Of a stretch of 33,514 nucleotides of DNA, positions 15,356 through 24,016 are shown in pieces. Positions within the stretch are counted from its first letter, which is position 1; each line of letters begins with the position of its first letter. The position numbers and the translations under genes were made by a program. The notes under the pieces are model-generated. The model did no database searches, had not been told where the DNA came from, and saw only the letters and a list, made by a program, of their open reading frames with translations. The stretch is from an uncultured Methanosarcinales archaeon (GTDB lineage Archaea > Nanobdellota > Nanobdellia > Woesearchaeales > UBA10216), in contig CAYJXD010000002.1 of the NCBI GenBank assembly GCA_964374085.1, positions 4,311 through 37,824 of the forward strand, in the 5' to 3' direction.

Positions 15356-16777
15356 TTGTGCGGCGTCTTTGGAGTCATAGGCAGCAGGAACGCAGCCGCA
15401 GAGCTATACATTGCTTTAACCCACCAGCAGCACAGGGGGCAGGATGCTGCCGGAATTGCCACCAGCGACAGTTCTGGAAAGCTCAATATTCTAAGGGACA
15501 AGGGCCTTGCAGTTGATGTCTTCACTGAGGAAAGAATCAAGAAGCTCGGGGGATTCATGGGCATTGCCCACAACCGGTATCCAACTGCAGGATATGGCGA
15601 TTTGGCCGAGTGCCAGCCTTTCTTTTTGGACAAGGAAGGTGTCGGGATGGCTTTCAACGGCAACATTGTGAATTACCCTTACATGAAGAAAAAGCTGGAG
15701 TCGCAGGGAACAAAGTTCTTTTCCCATTCTGATGGCGAATTGCTCCTTTACGCCTTCACAGAAGCATATGAAAGGTCTGGCTTCTTTCCCGCTGTCAAGG
15801 AAATACAGGAAACCCTTATCGGAGGGTATTCTGTTGTTGGAATTGTTGAAGGCCAGGGGATTTTTGCGTTCAAGGACCCGAATGGGATTAGGCCCCTTCT
15901 TTTCGGGAAGAGAGTCAGCAATTCCGAGACGAGCTATGCGTTTGCGTCAGAAAGCATTGCGCTTACAATTGAAGGCTATGGAAGCATCCGGGACCTGAAG
16001 GCAGGCGAGGCTGTTTTCATAGGCAAGGACCTTAACATGGAATCCAGAATTGTTGTCGCAAGGCAGCCGTCTCCATGCGTGTTTGAGTTTGTTTACTTTT
16101 CAACAGTCGAGAGCACGCTTGAGGGGATTCCTGTTTATGATGCAAGGAGAAGGCTGGGAAAGGTCCTTGCTGAGAAAGTCATGAAAGAGCATCCTGACCT
16201 TGAGATTGATGTAATCATTCCTGTTCCTGACACCAGCAGGCCTGCTGCCGATTCAATGGCCAAGTCGCTTGGCATCCCGATTGAAGAGGGCCTTGTAAAG
16301 AACAGGTATATTGGGCGGACATTTATCATGCCCACCCAGAAGATAAGGGAGAACGCCCTGAAATTGAAGCTGAAGCCAATTGAGTCAGTGATAAGGGGAA
16401 AGAAAGTCATGGTTGTTGACGATTCTATTGTGAGGGGCACAACATCAAAGCGAATAATTCAGCTCCTGAGGGATTTTGGCGCAGTAAAAGTTTACCTGCT
16501 AAGCACTTTCCCTCCCATAAGGCACCCATGCCTTTACGGGATTGACTTCACAAGCGAGAAGGAGCTGATTGCGCATGAGAGGACAATTGAGGAAATTGAA
16601 AAGGAGATTGGCGCTGACAAGCTTATTTACATGGAGCCTGAGGCATTGAAGGAGGCAATCGGGCTCCCGAATATATGCATGGCTTGCGTCACAGGAGTGT
16701 ATCCAACTCCCACGATGCATGCAAGCGAGATGCAGGAGCAGCGCCAGAAGGACTATGCAAGGATATCCGGGAAATGA
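15356..16777 (+). CDS. purF: Amidophosphoribosyltransferase (Fe-S cluster type)
   Basis: The TTG start is followed by the Cys nucleophile (M)CGVFGV. A gaggt SD-like element lies ~10 nt upstream. The PRPP loop is VMVVDDSIVRGTTSK. Cluster-type cysteines are present (SPCVFEFVYFS, CLYGIDF, CMACVTGVYP). Confidence 0.92.
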   Translation: MCGVFGVIGSRNAAAELYIALTHQQHRGQDAAGIATSDSSGKLNILRDKGLAVDVFTEERIKKLGGFMGIAHNRYPTAGYGDLAECQPFFLDKEGVGMAFNGNIVNYPYMKKKLESQGTKFFSHSDGELLLYAFTEAYERSGFFPAVKEIQETLIGGYSVVGIVEGQGIFAFKDPNGIRPLLFGKRVSNSETSYAFASESIALTIEGYGSIRDLKAGEAVFIGKDLNMESRIVVARQPSPCVFEFVYFSTVESTLEGIPVYDARRRLGKVLAEKVMKEHPDLEIDVIIPVPDTSRPAADSMAKSLGIPIEEGLVKNRYIGRTFIMPTQKIRENALKLKLKPIESVIRGKKVMVVDDSIVRGTTSKRIIQLLRDFGAVKVYLLSTFPPIRHPCLYGIDFTSEKELIAHERTIEEIEKEIGADKLIYMEPEALKEAIGLPNICMACVTGVYPTPTMHASEMQEQRQKDYARISGK

Positions 16778-16810
16778 TGCGAAAGCTAAAAAAAAATAAA
16801 ATGAAAATTA

Positions 16811-18124
16811 TTGGGGGTAAAAAAGTTGAAAGTTTTACTGGTGGGCTCTGGAGCCCGCGAGCACGCATTGGCTGACGCGATAATCGCTGGAAACAACCAG
16901 CTCTTTGCGTTCATGTCAGGCAACAATCCAGGCATTAACAGGCAGTGCTCTGATTTTGCAATTGGAAAAATAACAGACCCTCTTTCTGTCAGGCAATTTG
17001 CAGAGAGAGTCCGTCCCCAGCTTGCTGTCATTGGCCCAGAGGCTTCTCTTGAAGCAGGCGTTGTTGATTCGCTGCTTTCAATTGGCATTGACTGCTTTGG
17101 TCCGAAACGCGAGTTGGCGCAATTGGAGTCAAGCAAGTCTTTCACAAGAAGCCTTCTGGAAAGGCATAAGATAAATGCATCTCCAAAGTTCATGGTCTTC
17201 GGAAGGAGCAGCGAGGTGACAGAGATAAAGGGCTTCATCAACTCTGTCAGCGGCTTTGTGATAAAGCCTGACGGGCTTACAGGAGGGAAAGGCGTCAAAG
17301 TATCAGGAGAGCACCTGAAAAGCGTGAATGAGGCCATCCAATACTGCCACGAAGTCCTTTCAGACCACCATTCCCTTGTCATTGAGGAAAAGCTTGATGG
17401 CGAAGAATTTAGCTTGATGTCAATCTCTGATGGAAAGACAGTTGTTGACTGCCCTGCGGTGCAGGACCACAAGCGGGCGTTTGAAAACGATACTGGACCC
17501 AACACAGGCGGAATGGGCTCTTACTCTTTAGCGGACCATTCTCTTCCATTCTTGGGAAAAGATGACATTGAGGCAGCGCACGAAATCAATGTGCGTGTAG
17601 CAAGGGCTTTGAGGCAGGATTATGGAAATTACAAAGGAGTATTATACGGCGGGTTCATGGCCACAAAGCACGGTGTCAAGCTTCTGGAATACAACGCAAG
17701 GTTTGGAGACCCGGAAGCAATGAATGTCCTTCCACTTCTTGAAGGGAATTTTGCAGAGCTCTGCATGGCTGTATCGCACGGTGATTTGGCAATGCAGAGG
17801 CCTGAGTTCAAGGCCAAGGCAACTGTCTGCAAGTATGTTGTTCCAAAAGGATATCCTGACAATCCGGTTTCAGGAAAGATAGAAGTCCCTGAAGGGTTGA
17901 ATGCCTTGAGATACTTTGCCTCTGTTGATGAAAAGGAAGATGGCATCTACACTACAAAATCAAGGGCAGTTGCCTTTGTTGGCATTGATGACAGCATCGA
18001 AAGCGCAGAGAGGATTGCAGAGGAGGCAGCAAGCTCTGTCCAGGGAGAGGTTTACCACAGAAAAGATATTGGAACAAATGAGCTGATTCAGAAAAGGATT
18101 GACAACATGAGGCGAATCAGATGA
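16811..18124 (+). CDS. purD: Phosphoribosylamine-glycine ligase
   Basis: Motifs KVLLVGSGAREHAL, TGPNTGGMGSYS and YNARFGDPE. There is no in-frame ATG. The start is TTG 16811 or, more likely, TTG 16826 (MKVLLVGSGAREHA), which has gggggt 7 nt upstream. Confidence 0.9.
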   Translation: MGVKKLKVLLVGSGAREHALADAIIAGNNQLFAFMSGNNPGINRQCSDFAIGKITDPLSVRQFAERVRPQLAVIGPEASLEAGVVDSLLSIGIDCFGPKRELAQLESSKSFTRSLLERHKINASPKFMVFGRSSEVTEIKGFINSVSGFVIKPDGLTGGKGVKVSGEHLKSVNEAIQYCHEVLSDHHSLVIEEKLDGEEFSLMSISDGKTVVDCPAVQDHKRAFENDTGPNTGGMGSYSLADHSLPFLGKDDIEAAHEINVRVARALRQDYGNYKGVLYGGFMATKHGVKLLEYNARFGDPEAMNVLPLLEGNFAELCMAVSHGDLAMQRPEFKAKATVCKYVVPKGYPDNPVSGKIEVPEGLNALRYFASVDEKEDGIYTTKSRAVAFVGIDDSIESAERIAEEAASSVQGEVYHRKDIGTNELIQKRIDNMRRIR

Positions 18125-18831
18125 GCATCGCTACAATTGTCCAGAACCACGAGGTTGAAAAGCCTGCTTTGATAGAGACTATGCTTCTTGATAGAGGCGT
18201 GGAATTGAGAAGAATATCGCCCAATTCATCAGTTTTTGATTTTTATGATTCAGACCTCGCTGTAATAATGGGCGGCCCTTCAAGCGCAAACGACAAGGAT
18301 GAGCGGACTTTGGCTCTTTTGTCAGCAATCAGGGGCTATCACAAAACTGGTGAAAAGCCAATGATTGGAATATGCCTTGGAGCGCAATATATTTCAAAGG
18401 CATTAGGCGGGTCAGTCTACCAAAGCCCCCTAAAGGAAATCGGAGTTTACAAGGTTGACATCGTCACAAGGCATCCTGCTGTTGCGGGTGTCAATTCTCC
18501 AATGGATGTATTTCAATGGCACGGTGAGGCTTTCACGGTTCCAAAAGGCGGTGTCCTTCTCGCAGCCTCAACACATAACGGGCAGGCAATCGCCCAGGCG
18601 TTCAGGATAGGCCATTTGCACGCCTACCAGTTACATCCTGAAATGAGGCTAAAGGATGTATTGGACATGACTTATGAGTTTCCCGAGGATATTTTTTCAA
18701 TGGGAAAAACTCCGCAGCAGGTTGTTTCTGAATACCTTGCAAAGGCCTGGGAGATTCAGAAGCAGGGAGCCACGCTCCTGAACAATGTGTTTGACCAGTA
18801 TGGGATAGGGAGGCGGCCGCGTGAAAGATAG
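18121..18831 (+). CDS. Class I glutamine amidotransferase (COG0518/GuaA-N-like), stand-alone
   Basis: ATGA overlap with purD. The nucleophile elbow is MIGICLGAQY. The FQWHGEAF motif is present, and the His-Glu pair lies in YQLHPE. Confidence 0.75.
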   Translation: MSIATIVQNHEVEKPALIETMLLDRGVELRRISPNSSVFDFYDSDLAVIMGGPSSANDKDERTLALLSAIRGYHKTGEKPMIGICLGAQYISKALGGSVYQSPLKEIGVYKVDIVTRHPAVAGVNSPMDVFQWHGEAFTVPKGGVLLAASTHNGQAIAQAFRIGHLHAYQLHPEMRLKDVLDMTYEFPEDIFSMGKTPQQVVSEYLAKAWEIQKQGATLLNNVFDQYGIGRRPRER

Positions 18832-19570
18832 TAAAGGCACTTTGAGGATAGCAGCCTTCATGTCAGGCACTGGAACAAACCTCAGGAAGATACTTGAGCT
18901 GCAGAACAAGCTCATTAAATGCCCATTCAAGGTTGTGGTCATCTTCACAGACACAAAGGACGAGCAGAAATGCAATGCAGTGAAGATAGGCGATGATTTC
19001 AATGTTCCTGTAATCATCAATGACATAATGGACTACTACAGGGAGAGAGGATACAATGACAAGAGAGACATGAAAGTAAGGGAGCAGTTTGACAGCGAGA
19101 CAAAAATTGAGCTTGAGAAAAGAAATGTCTCAATGGTCGCGCTCTGCGGCTACATGAGCCTGGTCACTTCGCCAATTTATGATAATTTCACCACGATAAA
19201 TGTCCATCCGGCTGACCTTACGAAGAAGGACAGGAATGGGAAAAGGATTTACGCAGGCTGCCTTGGAGCTGGCTGCATAAAAAAGGCAATCCAAAATCGG
19301 GAAACTGAAGTGAGGAGCACTGTGCATCTGGTCAACGGCGAGCTTGACGGCGGGCCTGTGATATCAGTTTCGCCTGCTATTGAAATAAATCCAGATGTTC
19401 CAGATGAAAAGCTGGATGAAATCGCTCATGAATACCAGGAAAGGCTGAAAGAAAGGGGAGACTGGGTAATTTACCCTGAAACCATCAATATGATTTCAAA
19501 TGGAAGAATGAGGATTGACAGCAACAAGCTCTATGTTGACGGAGTTGCATCTGATGCTTACAGGTTTTGA
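18821..19570 (+). CDS. purN: Phosphoribosylglycinamide formyltransferase (PurN-like, with an insertion)
   Basis: The GTG start overlaps the GATase gene by 11 nt. Motifs: RIAAFMSGTGTNL, INVHPADL (the formyltransferase N.HPS/A.LP motif) and TVHLVNGELDGGPVI. Confidence 0.8.
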   Translation: MKDSKGTLRIAAFMSGTGTNLRKILELQNKLIKCPFKVVVIFTDTKDEQKCNAVKIGDDFNVPVIINDIMDYYRERGYNDKRDMKVREQFDSETKIELEKRNVSMVALCGYMSLVTSPIYDNFTTINVHPADLTKKDRNGKRIYAGCLGAGCIKKAIQNRETEVRSTVHLVNGELDGGPVISVSPAIEINPDVPDEKLDEIAHEYQERLKERGDWVIYPETINMISNGRMRIDSNKLYVDGVASDAYRF

Positions 19571-19571
19571 A

Positions 19572-20111
19572 ATGGAAAAGCCGGAAATAAGGGAAAATGC
19601 AATAAGGGAAAGGTCTTTGCTTGAGGATGAGGAAGTCCACAGGAAGAGCAATGCAATCTGCGCAAGGCTCCTTTCAATTCCAGAAATTGAAAATGCCAGG
19701 GCAGTAATGCTTTACTCGTCAATTGGCAATGAAGTCCAGACAGGGCCTGCAATTCATATTTTAAAATCCAAAAAAATCATTGCTCTTCCACGGATGGAGC
19801 CAGGGAAAATAATTGCTGCGGCTCTTGACGAAAAGGGACTGTCGCAGGGCGGGCATGGAATAATGGAGCCGCTTGGAAATGAGATGAGTTATGATGAAAT
19901 TGATGCAGTAGTTGTTCCGGTTGTTGCGTTTGACGCTGGATGCAACAGGATTGGAAGGGGATTGGGCCATTATGACAGGTTCCTGAAGCAAGCCAAGGCA
20001 TTCAAGATTGGCCTTGCATTTGACTGCCAGGAAACTGACTCGATTCCTGTCGAAAGCCATGATGTTCAGCTTGACATGGTAATCACAGAGACAAGAGTGG
20101 TTTCAAAATGA
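19572..20111 (+). CDS. 5-formyltetrahydrofolate cyclo-ligase (MTHFS)
   Basis: ATG 19572 lies 2 nt after the purN stop (MEKPEIRENAIRERS). The C-terminal motif is RIGRGLGHYDRFL (G.G.GYYDR). The listed ORF start at 19515 would overlap purN. Confidence 0.8.
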   Translation: MEKPEIRENAIRERSLLEDEEVHRKSNAICARLLSIPEIENARAVMLYSSIGNEVQTGPAIHILKSKKIIALPRMEPGKIIAAALDEKGLSQGGHGIMEPLGNEMSYDEIDAVVVPVVAFDAGCNRIGRGLGHYDRFLKQAKAFKIGLAFDCQETDSIPVESHDVQLDMVITETRVVSK

Positions 20112-20821
20112 GCAATGCGCAAATAAGCCATTACCAGAAGTATCTGCTCGTCGGAATAGTGTCATCTCTTCTGACTGTCGTAGCGCTCACTGTCTTGAGG
20201 AATTTTGTTTTGGAAAACCCGGTCATGAGCATTTTCCTGATTATTTTGTCAATTCCCATCCTGCTGCCAATAAACAAGTTCGCATTGCCCTATCTTAGGA
20301 TATACCTGAGAAAATATATCGTTGTCATTGCAATCGGCTCATTAACGGCTGTGATGGCGCTTTCGCTCACAAAGTTTGTATTCCTTGCATTCCTGCTTTT
20401 CATCCATATAGCCATGAGCATTTTCCTTAAGACATTCAAGAGGCATCATGTCGGGATTGAAATAGTGCTTCTTATAACTGTGCTTAGCGGAGTCGCATAC
20501 GGCCCAAAGGTTGGCGCATTCATGGGCGCGCTTTCAATGCTGCTTGACTACATTTTTTCGGCAAGGATTTCAATGTTCAGCATAGTCACAATCCCAGCTT
20601 ATGCCCTGATTGGAGTGCTTGCTTCGGTTTTCGCTTCAGCGAACTTATTCATCCTTGGAATGGGCTTGGCTGTTTTCTACAGCCTCTTCACATGGATTTT
20701 CATACTCGGGTTCATGGGCGGAGACATTGACAAGTGCATCAGGTTTGCAGTTACGAACCTTGTGTTCAACGCCATTGTGTTTAGTATTTTCGCCCCAAAT
20801 CTGCTGAGGCTAATGGTGTAG
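20108..20821 (+). CDS. Polytopic membrane protein (~7-8 TM), unknown function; possible vitamin or folate-type substrate carrier (weak)
   Basis: ATGA overlap with the MTHFS stop. The protein is hydrophobic throughout. The segment LSGVAYGPKVGAFMGAL is reminiscent of ECF S-component/BioY-like GP..G helices, but I have no firm family match. Confidence 0.55.
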   Translation: MSNAQISHYQKYLLVGIVSSLLTVVALTVLRNFVLENPVMSIFLIILSIPILLPINKFALPYLRIYLRKYIVVIAIGSLTAVMALSLTKFVFLAFLLFIHIAMSIFLKTFKRHHVGIEIVLLITVLSGVAYGPKVGAFMGALSMLLDYIFSARISMFSIVTIPAYALIGVLASVFASANLFILGMGLAVFYSLFTWIFILGFMGGDIDKCIRFAVTNLVFNAIVFSIFAPNLLRLMV

Positions 20822-20824
20822 GTG

Positions 20825-22153
20825 ATGAAAATGGACCGAAAAAACTTGAAGGATTCAGACCCGCAAATAAGCAACGCCATTCAGAGCGAGCTTAAAAGGA
20901 GGAAAGAGGGGCTTGAGCTTATTCCGTCAGAGAACCTTACAAGCAGGGCTGTCCTTGAAGCGCTCGGCTCTATACTTACTGATAAATATTCAGAAGGCTA
21001 TCCCGGAAAAAGGTATTATGGCGGCAATGAATTCATAGATGTTGTTGAGAACCTTGCAATTGAGCGCGCAAAAAAAGCTTTTGGTGTTCCGTTTGCAAAC
21101 GTTCAGGGCTACTCTGGCAGCCCTGCAAACCATGCTGTTTACTTTGCAGTGCTCAAGCCTGGAGAAACAGTTATGGGCCTTGACCTTCCGCACGGGGGGC
21201 ATCTTACCCATGGCTGGAAAACCAATTTTTCAGGCACTTACTACAAGTCAGTTCCATACCATGTGAAAAGCGATGGCTATGTAGATTTGGAAGAAGTGAG
21301 AAAGCTTGCCCTTGAGCACAAGCCTAAATTGATGTGGGTTGGGTTCACAGCCTACAGCCGCAAGTTTCCTTTTGAGGAAATGTCAAGGATAGCTGATGAA
21401 ATTGGGGCATATCTTGCCGCAGACATCTCGCACATCTCAGGGCTTGTCGTTGGAGGGGCGCACCAGAGTCCAGTTCCTTTTGTGCACATTATCATGACAA
21501 CAACCCACAAGACGCTAAGGGGCCCGAGAGGGGCCATAATAATGGTGACAGAGAAAGGGATGCAGAAAGACCCTGAACTGCCTTCAAAGATTGACAAGGC
21601 AATAATTCCCGGCTTGCAGGGCGGCCCCCATAATCACCAGACTGCAGGCATTGCCGTTGCGTTGAACGAGGCTCTGCAGCCTGAGTTCAGGGAATATGCT
21701 TCACAAATTGTCATTAATGCCAAAGCGTTAGCGACAGCATTAATGGGCAATGGAATGAAGATAGTTTCCAACGGAACTGACAATCACATGATGCTGGTTG
21801 ACCTCACCCAGTTTGGCAATGGAAAAGGGGTAATCGTTCAGGAAGCCCTTGACGCGGCAGCAATAACAGTGAACAAGAACACGATTCCAAACGACCCCTC
21901 ATCTCCATTCTACCCAAGCGGAATAAGGCTTGGCACTCCAACTGTAACCACTCAGGGAATGAAGGAGCCTGAGATGGGGATGATTGCAAAACTGATAGTT
22001 GATGTAATCAATGAAGTGAAGGATGTCCTGCTTCCAAAGGAGGGGAGGCAGGAGTTTGTTGAGAATTTCAAGAAGGAAATAAGGCAGAACAGCAATATCA
22101 AAAGAATCAGGGAGGAAGTGAAGCAGCTTTCCAATAGGTTTGAGACTTACTGA
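20825..22153 (+). CDS. glyA: Serine hydroxymethyltransferase
   Basis: Motifs ELIPSENLTS, YSEGYPGKRYYGG, and the PLP-lysine motif TTTHKTLRGPRGA. The start is ATG 20825; GTG 20822 and ATG 20831 are also possible. Confidence 0.93.
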   Translation: MKMDRKNLKDSDPQISNAIQSELKRRKEGLELIPSENLTSRAVLEALGSILTDKYSEGYPGKRYYGGNEFIDVVENLAIERAKKAFGVPFANVQGYSGSPANHAVYFAVLKPGETVMGLDLPHGGHLTHGWKTNFSGTYYKSVPYHVKSDGYVDLEEVRKLALEHKPKLMWVGFTAYSRKFPFEEMSRIADEIGAYLAADISHISGLVVGGAHQSPVPFVHIIMTTTHKTLRGPRGAIIMVTEKGMQKDPELPSKIDKAIIPGLQGGPHNHQTAGIAVALNEALQPEFREYASQIVINAKALATALMGNGMKIVSNGTDNHMMLVDLTQFGNGKGVIVQEALDAAAITVNKNTIPNDPSSPFYPSGIRLGTPTVTTQGMKEPEMGMIAKLIVDVINEVKDVLLPKEGRQEFVENFKKEIRQNSNIKRIREEVKQLSNRFETY

Positions 22154-22154
22154 T

Positions 22155-22994
22155 ATGGCGACTTTGCTTGACGGAAAGATGACAGCTGAAAATATTAGAG
22201 GCAAGCTCAAGGAAGAGATAGCTGGATTTGCAAAGAAGCCTGGCCTCGCAGCAATAATTGTCGGCAATAATCCAGCATCAAAGGTTTATGTTGACATCAA
22301 GGAGAGAACTTGCAGGGAAGTGGGCATTTATTCTGAAAGATACAATCTTCCTGAGACAACAACAGAGCAGCTGCTGCTGCAGCTAATTGATAAGCTGAAC
22401 AATAACAGCTCAATACACGCAATACTCATACAGCTTCCCCTTCCAAGGCACATCAGCCCCGAGTCAGTTTTCTCTGCAGTGAAGCTGGAAAAGGATGTTG
22501 ACGGGTTCAGCTCAAGGAACATAGGAAGGCTTGTAGCAGGCAACGAAGCCAATGTTCCTTGCACTCCAAAGGGCATCATCAGGCTTCTTGAAGAATACAA
22601 GATTCCATTTGAAGGCAAAAACGCAGTTGTTGTCGGAAGAAGCATGATAGTTGGAAAGCCAACAGCACTGATGCTCATGAACAGGAGCGCAACTGTCACT
22701 GTCTGCCACAGCAGGACAAAAGATTTGGCTGAAATAACCTCAAGAGCAGACATTCTAATAGCCGCAGTCGGCCATCCAAGCCTGATAACAAAAGAAATGG
22801 TCAAGCAAGGAGCTGCAGTTGTTGATGTCGGAATAAACAAGATTGATGGAAAAATAATGGGTGATGTTGACTTTGACTCTGTAAAGGAAGCTGCCGGCTT
22901 CATAACCCCTGTCCCAGGGGGAGTCGGGCCAATGACTGTTGCGATGCTTCTGGAGAATACGGTCAGCTGTTTTAAGGTGATAGAGGGAATATGA
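22155..22994 (+). CDS. folD: Bifunctional 5,10-methylene-THF dehydrogenase / methenyl-THF cyclohydrolase
   Basis: ATG 22155 (MATLLDGK) lies just after the glyA stop. Motifs: SKVYVDIKERTCREVGI, VVVGRSMIVGKP and TPVPGGVGPMTVAMLL. Confidence 0.92.
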   Translation: MATLLDGKMTAENIRGKLKEEIAGFAKKPGLAAIIVGNNPASKVYVDIKERTCREVGIYSERYNLPETTTEQLLLQLIDKLNNNSSIHAILIQLPLPRHISPESVFSAVKLEKDVDGFSSRNIGRLVAGNEANVPCTPKGIIRLLEEYKIPFEGKNAVVVGRSMIVGKPTALMLMNRSATVTVCHSRTKDLAEITSRADILIAAVGHPSLITKEMVKQGAAVVDVGINKIDGKIMGDVDFDSVKEAAGFITPVPGGVGPMTVAMLLENTVSCFKVIEGI

Positions 22995-24016
22995 CCACTT
23001 ACAAAGACTCCGGCGTTGACATCGAAATTGCAGAGAAGGCAAAGGATGAGATAAAGAAGCTTGTGAGGCAAACTTACAATGATAAGACAGTTATGGATGC
23101 AGGCTTTTTCTGCGGCGGGATGCTGGCGGATTTCAGGGATTATCGCGAGCCGGTTCTCATGCTGAGCAATGACGGTGTCGGAACAAAGATGGCTATTGCA
23201 AGGATGATGAACAAATATGATTCAATTGGGTTTGACCTTGTGAACCACTGCGCCAATGACATCCTGATGAGCGGCGCAAAACCATTGTTCTTCCTTGACT
23301 ACATTGCCTCAGAGAAAATAGTTCCAGAAGTGTCTGTTGAAATAGTAAGGGGGATTGTTGAAGCCTGCAAAAAGCTCGGAATAGTCCTAATCGGAGGGGA
23401 AACAGCCCAGATGCCTGGAGTCTATGTAAAGGGCGAAACTGATGTTGCAGGAACTATTGGCGGGATTGTTGAGCGCTCTGAAATCCTTGATGGCAGGTTG
23501 ATAAGGGAAGGTGATGCAATCATAGGAGTTGCGTCAGCAGGATTGCACACAAACGGTTATTCTTTGGCAAGGAAAGTCCTGTTTGAAGACAACAAGTTTA
23601 GCGTCAATGATGAATTGCTTCCAGAAATAACGCTGGGGAATGCGCTTCTTGAGCCGCATCGAGAATACGTGACGCTTTACTTTGAGATGAGGAAGCACAT
23701 CCGGATTAAGGGAATGTCCCATGTCACTGGAGGGGGAATGACAGACAACATCCCAAGAATCCTTCCAAGGGGATTGGGCGCAAAAATAGTGAAGGGAACA
23801 TGGGAAGTGCTTCCAATATTCAATCTTATCAAGGAAAAGGGAAATGTTCCTGAAGAAGACATGATTAGAACTTTCAACATGGGCATCGGCCTTGTCATCG
23901 TCGTTGACAAAAGCGATGCAACTGGAGCTCTGTTCAGGCTGAGGCAGATGAAGGAGAAAGCCTGGGTGATAGGTGAAGTCACAAAGGGAGAGGGTGTAGT
24001 TTATGCTGAGGGTTGA
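22991..24016 (+). CDS. purM: Phosphoribosylformylglycinamidine cyclo-ligase (AIR synthetase)
   Basis: ATGA overlap with folD. Motifs: YKDSGVDI, DGVGTK, DLVNHCANDIL, GGETAQMPG and MSHVTGGG. Confidence 0.92.
   Translation: MTTYKDSGVDIEIAEKAKDEIKKLVRQTYNDKTVMDAGFFCGGMLADFRDYREPVLMLSNDGVGTKMAIARMMNKYDSIGFDLVNHCANDILMSGAKPLFFLDYIASEKIVPEVSVEIVRGIVEACKKLGIVLIGGETAQMPGVYVKGETDVAGTIGGIVERSEILDGRLIREGDAIIGVASAGLHTNGYSLARKVLFEDNKFSVNDELLPEITLGNALLEPHREYVTLYFEMRKHIRIKGMSHVTGGGMTDNIPRILPRGLGAKIVKGTWEVLPIFNLIKEKGNVPEEDMIRTFNMGIGLVIVVDKSDATGALFRLRQMKEKAWVIGEVTKGEGVVYAEG

Noticed and set aside
16801-16828. ATG 16801 (MKIIGGKK...) as a frameshifted purD start across the A6 run at 16819-16824
   Set aside because: It would require a 1-nt deletion. 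TTG 16826, preceded by gggggt, gives the canonical PurD N-terminus MKVLLVGSGAREHA without invoking an error. The out-of-frame ORF 16675..16875 is otherwise just the purF tail region.
16786-17505. 239-aa minus-strand ORF
   Set aside because: It is antisense to purD. The composition (S/P/F/W/C rich) is typical of a shadow ORF.
19515-19571. Upstream extension of the MTHFS ORF
   Set aside because: It would overlap the purN 3' end by 56 nt. ATG 19572, directly after the purN stop, gives a normal-length protein.
22328-23071. 247-aa minus-strand ORF
   Set aside because: It is antisense to folD and the purM start. It is a shadow ORF of a high-confidence gene.
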